This document shows positions 15,470 to 24,239 of a stretch of DNA of 32,602 nt, piece after piece. The position numbers and the translations under genes were made by a program. A model generated the notes under the pieces. That model had not been told where the DNA came from and made no database searches. It worked only from the letters and a program-made list of their open reading frames with translations. This DNA comes from an archaeon (GTDB lineage Archaea > SpSt-1190 > DYHY01), in NCBI GenBank assembly GCA_043803745.1, contig JAZDJS010000018.1, forward strand, positions 1 to 32,602, read 5' to 3'. The stretch's first letter is position 1; every line of letters starts with the position of its first letter.

Positions 15470-17656
15470 TTATTCCTTCTTTGCGACTTCCTCGGTCTTC
15501 AGTCCCTTCCGCTTCCGGATTTCGTTGACTGTTGTCTCGGTCAGGCCCTTCGGGAGCATCTCGAACCTGGAATCAACCAGGCTCCAGAATCCCCTTCCCT
15601 GGGTCGCCGACCTGAGGTCGGTTGTGAAGCCGAACATCCCGGATACCGGGACGTCCGCCATTATCACCGCGTTTCCTCCCTCGTCAAGGATTTCCAGGAT
15701 TTTGCCCCGGCGCGACTGGACAAGCCCGCTTGCGGAGCCCATTGCCTCGTGCGGTATGTCGACCCTCACTTTCTGGATGGGCTCAAGCAGCCTTGGCTGC
15801 GCCTCGTACATCGAGTCGCGGATAGCGTCCCTTACGGCGGGGATTATCTGCGCAGGTCCCCTGTGGATTCCGTCCTCGTGGAGGGTGCAGTCTATCAGCT
15901 TTATCACAAGCCCCTGGCATTTCTCCTTCGCAAGAGGTCCCTGGTCAACTACGTTCCGCCAGCCCTCTAGGACCGTGTCTATCACCTCAGGCAGATGGAC
16001 CTGCCCCCTCGTGACGTCGATGAAAAAGTTGCCCTTGTAGATTTCGATGACCTTCTTCGCAATATCCTTTTCCATTCCGAGCTCGATAAGCTTGTTCACC
16101 AGCGGAAGGTCCTTGCTCTTGACTCTTGTGTCGTAAATGTCCCCGTCCCCATATGCCTTGAAAAGCTTCTCGGACAGCGGCTCCACAATTATGTAGAATT
16201 TGTTGTGCTTGTTCGGCGACTTGCCTTCCCTTTCAGGACCTGCTGCCGAAACCGTTTCCCGGTAGACGACAATTGGCTGGGAAACGTTCACCTGGACCTT
16301 CCAATCCCGCTCAAGCCGCGTCTGCCAGACGTCGAGGTGGAGCTCGCCAAGCCCGGCCCACAAATACTCGCCGGTTTCCTGGTCAATCGTCACCTTCAAG
16401 GTCGTGTCCTCGCGCGCAATTGACTTGAGTGCCTCGATAAGCTTGGGCAAATCCTGCGGGTTCTTCGGCTCAATTGCCTTCGTAACGACCGGTTCGAAAG
16501 CGTGCTTGATTTCCTCGAAAGGTTCTATTATTTCCGAGGCAATCGTTTCCCCGGCGCGGGCGGTCTTCATTCCGACAATTGCGACGAGGTTTCCGCAGGG
16601 GATTGCGTTGACAAGGAGGCGGAAGGGCCCCTTGTAAATCCCGACCTGCTGGACAACTTCCTTCTGCTTCTCGCCGATTAGTTCGACTATCTGACCCGCG
16701 TGGATTGTTCCGGAATAGAGGCGGACTGCCGCAACCGTTCCCGCATGCGGGTCGCTTATGACCTTCGTCACAACGCCGACCGTCGGACCGTTCGGGTCAC
16801 AGGTAAGGAGCGCTTTTCCGACAACGCTTTCAAGGTCCCCGTGCCAGATCTTCTTGATCCTGTATGCCTGCGCGCTTACCGGGTCCGGCAGGTGCTTGAT
16901 AACCATCTGGAGAAGCGTCGTTGTCAGGGGAATCAGCTTGTGAAGATCCTTCTGCTTTTCCTCCTCAACAGCCTTTATTATCTGGGCGAAACCGACCCCG
17001 GATTCCTTCATCATCGGGACATTTATCGCCCACTTCTGGTATGCCGAGCCGAAGGAGACTGACCCCTCCTCAATTGAGACCCGCCACTTGGATTTGTATT
17101 CGTCCGGGGCGTATTTGTAGATTATTTCGTTGACGTTCTGGATGATCTTGACGAACTGCTTCTGCATTATCTCAGGGGTGAGCTTGAGCTCCCGCACATA
17201 GCGGTCGACCTTGTTGATGAAAAGGACCGGCTTCGCCCTGTCCTTGAGTGCCTGGCGGAGGACCGCTTCGGTCTGCGGCATCACGCCCTCTACGGCATCG
17301 CAAAGGACAACTGCCCCGTCAACCGCGCGAAGGGCGCGTGTGACCTCGCCGCCGAAATCCACGTGCCCTGGGGTGTCTATCAGGTTGATGAGATAGTTTT
17401 TCCCGTTGAAATCCTGGATCATCGAGACGTTCGCGGATTTGATTGTTATTCCCCGCTGCTGCTCGATTTCGTCGTAGTCCGTCCAGGTCTGGTCCCCCGC
17501 AAGCTCGTCGGAAATGATTCCCGCGCCCGCAAGAAGGTTGTCGGTGAGGGTTGTTTTCCCGTGGTCAACGTGGGCGACAATCCCGATGTTCCGGATGAGG
17601 TCCGGATGTGACATTAGTTCAAGCGTTTTCTCTTTGACTTCTTCCTGAGTTGCCAT
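15470..17656 (-). CDS. fusA: Translation elongation factor aEF-2
   Basis: AHVDHGKTT, RGITI, DTPGHVDFGGEV, NKVD; diphthamide loop HEDGIHRGPAQ intact. Confidence 0.99.
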   Translation of the reverse strand: MATQEEVKEKTLELMSHPDLIRNIGIVAHVDHGKTTLTDNLLAGAGIISDELAGDQTWTDYDEIEQQRGITIKSANVSMIQDFNGKNYLINLIDTPGHVDFGGEVTRALRAVDGAVVLCDAVEGVMPQTEAVLRQALKDRAKPVLFINKVDRYVRELKLTPEIMQKQFVKIIQNVNEIIYKYAPDEYKSKWRVSIEEGSVSFGSAYQKWAINVPMMKESGVGFAQIIKAVEEEKQKDLHKLIPLTTTLLQMVIKHLPDPVSAQAYRIKKIWHGDLESVVGKALLTCDPNGPTVGVVTKVISDPHAGTVAAVRLYSGTIHAGQIVELIGEKQKEVVQQVGIYKGPFRLLVNAIPCGNLVAIVGMKTARAGETIASEIIEPFEEIKHAFEPVVTKAIEPKNPQDLPKLIEALKSIAREDTTLKVTIDQETGEYLWAGLGELHLDVWQTRLERDWKVQVNVSQPIVVYRETVSAAGPEREGKSPNKHNKFYIIVEPLSEKLFKAYGDGDIYDTRVKSKDLPLVNKLIELGMEKDIAKKVIEIYKGNFFIDVTRGQVHLPEVIDTVLEGWRNVVDQGPLAKEKCQGLVIKLIDCTLHEDGIHRGPAQIIPAVRDAIRDSMYEAQPRLLEPIQKVRVDIPHEAMGSASGLVQSRRGKILEILDEGGNAVIMADVPVSGMFGFTTDLRSATQGRGFWSLVDSRFEMLPKGLTETTVNEIRKRKGLKTEEVAKKE

Positions 17657-17715
17657 TATTTATCGGAAAAGGGGGTTGTTTTAACCTTTTTAAAAGTTGG
17701 TTTCGGGCTTTCCGG

Positions 17716-19407
17716 TCAGTTTCCGCAAAGGCCGTCTATTTCAAGGTATTTCGAAAGCTGGGCCGTGACGAACCGGTCGTCGATTTGCCCGCTGGAGAAG
17801 GGAAGAACCGCAATTCTCCCCGGCGCGGAGGAATACGGCGCAAAGATTGAGAGGCATTTGGCAACCTCCTCGGTTGCGCCTGTCGCGCCCCGGAGGGTTT
17901 CTTGCACGGTCCCGAAAACCCTTCCCGAAACAGTTGCCTTCCGTCCCTCAACTGAAACTGAAAAACCGGGGGAGGAAAAGGGCAAGCTCCCGTAACTTGC
18001 CTGGAGGAACGCGCCGTCAAGGAAATTTCCGGAAAAGGCGGTTTCGGCAACTTCCGGGTCGCTGAAATCAAGCTCTATTGTCTCGGAATATCTCCCGTCC
18101 TCCGCCGGCGCATAGCTTATTCTGGCGGAAACAAGTCCGGTTTTTGAAAGTCCCGCGTCATCATCGCCAATCCGCCTTGCCCGCTCCCCGTCCCAGGAAA
18201 ATGTCCTCGGAGCTGCCGAAATCTCAAGGGGCTTTCTTAGCCTGAACGCCTCATTGAGGGTTTCCTCGAGGTAAAAGTTGAGCGGGATGGCCTGGATTGA
18301 GTAAAGCTCCGGTTCCGGGGGTCCGGATGTTTCGGAAAGGAACCCGACCGGATGCCCGTCGAAAATGCCCGCTTCCGAAAGGAGGTTTTCCGAGAATTCC
18401 GCATATGCGGCAAGGAGCGCGTCAAGGCTTTTCTCGGCAGCCTCCACGTTCCCGGCCATGAATGCGAATTCAGAGGAAATGAAGTGGCCTGCGTTGGTTG
18501 AACGCACTCTTGCCGGGAAATTCTTGGCCTCCTCCCCGGCAGCCGCATCTATCAGCTCCTCGAGATAGGGGAGATATCCTTCGTCGATTTCCCGGGTTGT
18601 CCCGAAATCCCTTGAAATCCCGATTCCGACGGTTCCCTCGAGCGCAAGCAAGCCGTCCACTTCGGCTGCTTCGAGTGTATATTCGAAAACTGGGATGAAT
18701 TCTCCAGCCGCAGCCCCTTCAGCGAAGCGGCCTATGTAGGTCTGCTTCTTTCCGGAGCTAATCGCCTTCCGTACCTGAGGACTCCCTTTCGGGAATTCGA
18801 ATGAAACCGTTGCCGTTTTTTCATCCGGAGGAAACTGCCTTTCCGCGCCGGAAATCTCCGGGGCGCCTCCCGCTGGAACGGGATGGTTTGGAGGCGTCAT
18901 TTCAGCTTCCTCGAAAAAATTGAATCTCACCTGCCCGGTAATTCCTTTTTCCTCTAGGGCAAGCGCGACAAGGGCGCGGTATGTGTTTATTAGCGAGCAG
19001 ACTCCCTCGTGGAACTCCGCTTTCCTTTCCGGATATGACTCGGCTGGAATGTAGGCATATGTGCTCAGGCAAGTCCCTCCGGAAATGTCCTGAAACATTG
19101 GGGAAACTCCGTCGAAAGCCGATATTTTTCCGGGGACGCCCGCAAGGGAAAGATAGTCCCTTTTTTCAGCTTCGGAAAGCTGCTCCTTGAAGAAAACTGA
19201 AACCTTCGCGCAGGTTACGTCCTTCCCGGGAATATCCTTTCCCGCCCGCACAAACTGGAGATGCACTGCCTCGATATACAATGCAGCCCTGTCCGAAGGG
19301 GGAAGGAGACCGTAATAGCTTCGGCTGCCGCCTCCATCAAGAGCGGCGAGAATAGGATCTTCTACCTCCCTGAAATTGAAGGAAACCTCCGTCCTTCCCT
19401 CAGCCAT
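17716..19407 (-). CDS. Acidic hypothetical protein, domain architecture X-X-Y; paralog of the upstream gene
   Basis: ATG 19407 overlaps the upstream stop (ATGGCTGA); visible internal repeat of about 160 aa. Confidence 0.8.
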   Translation of the reverse strand: MAEGRTEVSFNFREVEDPILAALDGGGSRSYYGLLPPSDRAALYIEAVHLQFVRAGKDIPGKDVTCAKVSVFFKEQLSEAEKRDYLSLAGVPGKISAFDGVSPMFQDISGGTCLSTYAYIPAESYPERKAEFHEGVCSLINTYRALVALALEEKGITGQVRFNFFEEAEMTPPNHPVPAGGAPEISGAERQFPPDEKTATVSFEFPKGSPQVRKAISSGKKQTYIGRFAEGAAAGEFIPVFEYTLEAAEVDGLLALEGTVGIGISRDFGTTREIDEGYLPYLEELIDAAAGEEAKNFPARVRSTNAGHFISSEFAFMAGNVEAAEKSLDALLAAYAEFSENLLSEAGIFDGHPVGFLSETSGPPEPELYSIQAIPLNFYLEETLNEAFRLRKPLEISAAPRTFSWDGERARRIGDDDAGLSKTGLVSARISYAPAEDGRYSETIELDFSDPEVAETAFSGNFLDGAFLQASYGSLPFSSPGFSVSVEGRKATVSGRVFGTVQETLRGATGATEEVAKCLSIFAPYSSAPGRIAVLPFSSGQIDDRFVTAQLSKYLEIDGLCGN

Positions 19408-20716
19408 TTTCAGCCCCTGCCAAGGAAGCAACATATTCCTTCGCCTGCCTTACTATCTCTTGCTTGTTCCACTCCAACTCTTCATGCTCAACCGTCCCGG
19501 GCCGCCGCCCAAGCTGGTATGCTCGCTCGCGCCGTTCAAGAGAATCCTCGACAACCCGTCCTAGATCGTCTGGGCTGACCGGAATCCCGACCGGGACGAA
19601 ATAAATCGATCCCTTCCGAAGGGGAAAGATGCGCGAAAGAACGTGGCTCAGGTCGGTTGCAAGCCGCCGTAGCTCGGTTCCAACCCCCGCGAAATCCTCG
19701 GCAAGATAGTCGGCGAACTTGAATGTCCTGCCCCTCTGGATGTAGCAAATTCCATAGTCCTGGAGTGCTTCCTTGAGGTTTTCGACATCCTGCGGCTCAA
19801 TGTCAAACTCCGCTTCAATCACATATTTGTCCCCCCGGTGCTCACCGGAAAGCTTCAGGTTCGGAACCGGGAGTATTTGCGTTTCCCCGACCGAGGAAAC
19901 TCTTGGCCCGCTTCGTTCAATTGAATATTCTGCCTTGAGGATCGGCCCGTCATAGAAGGCAATCCTTCCCGGGAACTGCTCATTTGCCCATTCCTCGGAA
20001 TCTGGAGAAATCATTGCCTCGAATGGGAGGTGTGCATAGGGTGTGCGTTTCGGCTCCCTTGCTTCTTTTCCGTCTTTTCCGCGCACACCCGGGGGGGTTC
20101 CAGGAAGCGTCCCGGCATAATCGTCATCTGGATATGGAGTAGGGACTTCCCCGAGAATTTTGGAAATACCAACCGCGGTAACTTCGACGTCATTGGTGTG
20201 ATCGGATAGTTCTATTGTCCTCGGCAGGTCCCCGGAAATCTCCTTGTCATATAGAGCCTCCGCAACAATTGCCTGGTATGCCAGGAGGACCCTATCGAGG
20301 TTATTTGCAGCGCCCGAAAGGTTCCGTCCCTGCTCCGAAATGAAGCAAAAGTTGGTGGAAACGCAGAAATCCTCGTCAGCTTCGCTGTCCGAAAGTTCGG
20401 TTTCCTCGAGCCCCGCTATCGAGAGCCCGCCAAGGAGTTTCTCAAGTAAGGGGAGGTATGTTTCCCTTATCTTCGATCCGGAATATTCCTTCGAAAGGAA
20501 TACTGCAAAATTCCCCCTTGTCATCAGGCTGCCATTTGCGCCCCCGGCAGTCTCAAGTTCTAGTTCAGCCAGGGTGATTAGTTCGTTCTCCGGCGAGCCG
20601 TCGGGAAATCCCCCGTTATAGTATGTGTAAGATCCAACCGACCCATCAATTGCGGAGAGGGTGTTTTCTCCTTGGGGGAAGTTGAAAGCTATCCTGGAAG
20701 ATTCCGCGTTTAGCAA
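19400..20716 (-). CDS. Acidic hypothetical protein, domain architecture X-linker-Y
   Basis: 438-aa ORF with a TTG start preceded by GGAGG; similar to both repeats of the downstream gene. Confidence 0.8.
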   Translation of the reverse strand: MLNAESSRIAFNFPQGENTLSAIDGSVGSYTYYNGGFPDGSPENELITLAELELETAGGANGSLMTRGNFAVFLSKEYSGSKIRETYLPLLEKLLGGLSIAGLEETELSDSEADEDFCVSTNFCFISEQGRNLSGAANNLDRVLLAYQAIVAEALYDKEISGDLPRTIELSDHTNDVEVTAVGISKILGEVPTPYPDDDYAGTLPGTPPGVRGKDGKEAREPKRTPYAHLPFEAMISPDSEEWANEQFPGRIAFYDGPILKAEYSIERSGPRVSSVGETQILPVPNLKLSGEHRGDKYVIEAEFDIEPQDVENLKEALQDYGICYIQRGRTFKFADYLAEDFAGVGTELRRLATDLSHVLSRIFPLRKGSIYFVPVGIPVSPDDLGRVVEDSLERRERAYQLGRRPGTVEHEELEWNKQEIVRQAKEYVASLAGAENG

Positions 20717-20766
20717 TGTCCGTAACCCCTCCCGGATGCTCCTCCATCCGAAGGTTAAATACCTTT

Positions 20767-21972
20767 TCAGGATTTAATCTTCTTTTCCATGAAATCTCTG
20801 AGCTTGCCGAACGCCTCCCTGAGTGTTTCCGGCTCCGCAAGAATCACCGAACGGAAATGCCCTGGCGAAAGGAAGCCGCTTCCGTTGACAACGACAAGAC
20901 CGGTTTCCCGCATCTGGTCGAGGACGAACTCCTTGTCGCTTGCCCAGCCCCCGGCTGAAAGGTCGACCTTGGGGAAAACATAGAACGCGCCAAGGGGTTT
21001 TTGGACTGAAAGTCCTGGGGTGCTATTGACAATTTCCGAAACTAGTTCAGCCCGCTCGGAAAGCTTCCTCTGGATTTCCCCGAAATGGAGCGTGTCATCC
21101 CAGGCTGAAACTAGCGCCCTTTGAAGGGGGGTGCTTGCGGAAAGCCGGAGGCGGGAGAGCTTTTTCACTCCTTCCTCAACTTCGGCAAGGGCCGGGTCGC
21201 CGGCGGGATTGTGGAAATAAATGTAGCCAAGGCGCCAGCCAGGCGCAAGGAAGTTCTTCGAGAACCCGTTCATCACAATGACGGGGAGGTCGCCGGCGAG
21301 CTTTGCGGCGGGCACGTGCTTCGCGCCTCCGAAAATGAGCTTGTCGTAAATCTCATCGACAATTACAGGGATTCCCTTTTCATGCCCTAGCTTAATTATT
21401 TTCTTGATTGTTTCCGGAGGATAGACCGCCCCGGTCGGATTGTTCGGGCTTATTACGCAGATTGCCTTTGTTCTTTCCGAGATTTTCCCCTCGATTTCGG
21501 AAACATCGGGAGCCCAGCCGTTCCCCTCAACGCAGGGATAGGTGACAACCTTGCCGCCGAAAAGCTTCGAATAGTCGGAATAGGGAGGATAAACCGGGGC
21601 GGGGAGGAGAATCTCGTCTCCATCTTCAAGGAGAGAGGCTGCAAGGAAAAGAAGCGCTTCGGAAAGGCCTGCTGTGATTACAATTGATTCCGCATCTGCA
21701 GGAAATCCGGCTTTTTTCCCCTCGACCTCCGCGATTTTTTCCCGGAGGGCGAGCTTTCCCTCGGAATCGGAATAATGCCCTACTTTCCTGTCGATTTCCC
21801 GCTTCAGAGCTTCCTTCAGGTGGTCCGGCGTATCGAAATCGAACTTGTTAGGGTCGCCGATGTTGAAATAATACATCTTCTTTCCGGAGGCTTCGAGCGC
21901 CCTTGCCGGCTTGAGGATGTCCCTTATTGCGGAAGTTAGGGAGGAAACGCGCTTGGTAAGGAGAGCCCTCAT
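20767..21972 (-). CDS. PLP-dependent class I/II aminotransferase (alanine aminotransferase-like)
   Basis: FNIGDPNKFDF, ISPNNPTG, VDEIYD and NGFSKNFLAPGWRLG (PLP Lys). Confidence 0.93.
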   Translation of the reverse strand: MRALLTKRVSSLTSAIRDILKPARALEASGKKMYYFNIGDPNKFDFDTPDHLKEALKREIDRKVGHYSDSEGKLALREKIAEVEGKKAGFPADAESIVITAGLSEALLFLAASLLEDGDEILLPAPVYPPYSDYSKLFGGKVVTYPCVEGNGWAPDVSEIEGKISERTKAICVISPNNPTGAVYPPETIKKIIKLGHEKGIPVIVDEIYDKLIFGGAKHVPAAKLAGDLPVIVMNGFSKNFLAPGWRLGYIYFHNPAGDPALAEVEEGVKKLSRLRLSASTPLQRALVSAWDDTLHFGEIQRKLSERAELVSEIVNSTPGLSVQKPLGAFYVFPKVDLSAGGWASDKEFVLDQMRETGLVVVNGSGFLSPGHFRSVILAEPETLREAFGKLRDFMEKKIKS

Positions 21973-22050
21973 TCTTCAAGCGGAAAAAACTGGGGGAATA
22001 AAAGCCTTATTCGGCGCCTGGCGCTGGTTTGTCGGTTTGTCGTTTTTTCC

Positions 22051-22665
22051 TTACTTTGCCGCCTCAGCCTGTCTTTCCGTGTTGATTTTCTTCTCAACGG
22101 CAAAGCTCTTCGGGTCGTTGGCCGCGGCCGCGATAAGCTCATCAACAAGGACCATTGTCAGGTTCCTGTTCGAGCCGCGCGACTTGTTGAAGCAGCCCTT
22201 TGTGATTATCCCGAGCGCGAGGTCCACTCGCCTTTGAGGCGAGACGTCAACCGAAACCGGTCTCCTGACCCCGCCCATCATCACCGCGGTCGTTTCTCCC
22301 CTGGGCGCGGAGTTCTCGATGGCCCTGACAAGCAGCTCAATCGGGTTCTTCCCGGTTTTCGCGCTTATCTGGTCGAATGCCGCGGAAACTGCTGCAATTG
22401 CCTTTTGCTTCTTTCCAGTGTTCCTTCCTGAGGTGAATATGTGCTTCCTCGAAAGGGAAGAGTGCCCGGTAACCGAAATCTTGTTTATGAGCCGCTCGAC
22501 AATGTTTATCTTGTTCTTCCAGAACCGCTTCTTGACGTGCCGTCCCCCGGAATGCGGGAGAATCGTCGGCCTTAGGTTGATGTATTCGGCAAGCCCAGGA
22601 GCGTTGACCTGGACTGCATAGTCGTATTTTCCGAAAAGTTTTGGTGCTTGTTGGATGTCTTCCAT
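22051..22665 (-). CDS. rps7: 30S ribosomal protein S7 (uS7)
   Basis: PHSGGRH..KRF, IVERLINK, NPIELLVRAIENSAP and VDVSPQRRVDLAL. Confidence 0.98.
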   Translation of the reverse strand: MEDIQQAPKLFGKYDYAVQVNAPGLAEYINLRPTILPHSGGRHVKKRFWKNKINIVERLINKISVTGHSSLSRKHIFTSGRNTGKKQKAIAAVSAAFDQISAKTGKNPIELLVRAIENSAPRGETTAVMMGGVRRPVSVDVSPQRRVDLALGIITKGCFNKSRGSNRNLTMVLVDELIAAAANDPKSFAVEKKINTERQAEAAK

Positions 22666-22673
22666 TTTTCTCT

Positions 22674-23111
22674 TTAACGCCTCTTCTTCTCCTTCTTGCT
22701 CCTTCTCAGTTCAAGAACCGCAATCCCGTTGACCTTCGTGACAATCCAGCGCACGCCGGGAATGTCTCCCATCGCGCGTCCCATTGCGCCTCCGATTCCC
22801 TCGACCTCTACCTCGTCGTGCTCGTCAATGAACGTTATTGCCTTGTCCCCGGGAGTCATTGCGGTTATCTGCTTCCCGTTCTTTATCAGCTGGACGCGGA
22901 CGCACTTGCGGATTCCGGAGTGGGGCTGCTTCGCCTCGACTCCGACCTTTTCAAGGACTATGCCGCGACCCTGCGGGGCTTTCCTCAGCGGGTCGGCTTT
23001 CAGCCTTGTCCCGTAGAAGACCTGCCTGAACGCCTTTTGTGAGAGCCTGAATTTCTTGCGCCTCTTTGCGAGTTTGGCTGCAGCAAAGAGACCCTTTGGT
23101 TTTTTTGCCAT
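22674..23111 (-). CDS. rps12: 30S ribosomal protein S12 (uS12)
   Basis: [31 protein letters not shown] and GDIPGVRW. Confidence 0.99.
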   Translation of the reverse strand: MAKKPKGLFAAAKLAKRRKKFRLSQKAFRQVFYGTRLKADPLRKAPQGRGIVLEKVGVEAKQPHSGIRKCVRVQLIKNGKQITAMTPGDKAITFIDEHDEVEVEGIGGAMGRAMGDIPGVRWIVTKVNGIAVLELRRSKKEKKRR

Positions 23112-23140
23112 TGGGCTTGGCTCCCTTCAGGGGTTTTTAA

Positions 23141-23182
23141 GGGTTCCCGATGGGTTCCCGATGGGTTCCCGATGGGTTCCCG
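23141..23182. repeat. Perfect 11-bp tandem repeat (GGGTTCCCGAT) x3.8 adjoining the rps12 TATA box
   Basis: Units start at 23141, 23152, 23163 and 23174 (partial); minus-strand TTAAAAA at 23134-23140. Confidence 0.95.
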
Positions 23183-23198
23183 GGGGGAGGGCTTGGGC

Positions 23199-23897
23199 TT
23201 ATTTCCTGGAAAGTTCCGCAATTGAGAATACCCCTAGAATTATGAGAACTCCTGCGAAAACAGCGGTTATCGGATATGGAACGCCTGCGACAACCAGCAG
23301 GGAAATTGCAAGAACCGCCGGGGGGAAACGGTCAAGAGCTGCCGTCTGCACCTCAGCCAGATACAGCTTTATTGAAAGCTCCGGAAAGCTCCTTGCCTTC
23401 AGCGGCAAAAGCCAGGAATATCTCGCGTAGGCGGGGAGAATGCGGGCTGCCCTGAAGAAAACGAAAAGCAGTGCGAGATAATAGGCAGGGAATTCCGCGG
23501 AGAGGAGCTCGAGCTTCCCAGTGAAGAAGCCGTTGAATAGGAAATATGCAGCAGCTGAGGAAGCTGCCGCTGAAAGGAAGCCAATTCCCCTTGAAAGCAG
23601 GTCTGCTTTCTCGGTTCTCACTGCAAGGGCGAGGAATTCCTCCGGATGGGAGAATCCGGAAAATCGTTTTGTTTGCAGGAACCTGAGATATGCGGAACCC
23701 ACCTGGAAGACCAGTTCGAATGAGAGCGCAAGAACGACGAGCCCGGTCGGGAAGCCGGCATATTCGTAGAGGAAATACCCGACAGCCCCGAGCATGAGGG
23801 CGCGCAGGGCAATGCTGAACAAGGAGAAGTGGGAATTGATTTTTTCGACCCGCCTGAGGAGGCTTTCCGCGTGGTTTTTCGGGATTTTCGGGACCAT
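23199..23897 (-). CDS. Hypothetical polytopic membrane protein (about 6 TM)
   Basis: Multiple hydrophobic segments; ATG 23897 lies about 25 nt after minus-strand TTAATA. Confidence 0.72.
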   Translation of the reverse strand: MVPKIPKNHAESLLRRVEKINSHFSLFSIALRALMLGAVGYFLYEYAGFPTGLVVLALSFELVFQVGSAYLRFLQTKRFSGFSHPEEFLALAVRTEKADLLSRGIGFLSAAASSAAAYFLFNGFFTGKLELLSAEFPAYYLALLFVFFRAARILPAYARYSWLLPLKARSFPELSIKLYLAEVQTAALDRFPPAVLAISLLVVAGVPYPITAVFAGVLIILGVFSIAELSRK

Positions 23898-24024
23898 TTG
23901 GTTCAATTGGAACGGCGCGATATTAAGGGTTTGCGCTCCCTTTCAGTCCTCGGAATTGGAATTTGAGCGCGTTTTCCTTGAGTTTCCTTTGAATGTGACG
24001 TGGTGAACCTGATTGCCCGCAGCC

Positions 24025-24154
24025 TTGAACTACCGCGGGCTAAAGCCCGCGGATTCTCGGTAATAGGCGGGCTTCGCCCGCAATCACAGTGTGAAATCTG
24101 GAGCGCGCGTATTTCCGCCCTCAAAGGGCAGAGTTTTGCGCGCGAAAGAATAAA
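24025..24154 (+). mobile_element. Non-autonomous IS200/IS605-like miniature element (PATE-like), no ORF
   Basis: Left hairpin TTGAACTA-CCGCGGGC-TAAA-GCCCGCGG-ATTC; middle hairpin GCGGGC-TTC-GCCCGC; right hairpin TTCCGCCCT-CAA-AGGGCAGAG within a GCGCGC stem, ending GAAAGAATAAA. These resemble IS200/IS605 subterminal palindromes. Boundaries are approximate. Confidence 0.6.
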
Positions 24155-24239
24155 CCGGGATTTGTCTTCACAATTAACGTAAGCGAAATGTTCGGAGGCG
24201 GGGAAGCTGATATGAAACTGTTTCCGACCTGATAATTAA

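Noticed and set aside
15470-17656. Diphthamide-less aEF-2 paralog
   Set aside because: The HRG motif with the target His is intact.
24093-24105. 13-mer GAAATCTGGAGCG shared with 2791-2803
   Set aside because: Several 13-mer matches are expected by chance in 32 kb, more so with the visible GGAAA/TTTCC bias, and flanking similarity does not extend.
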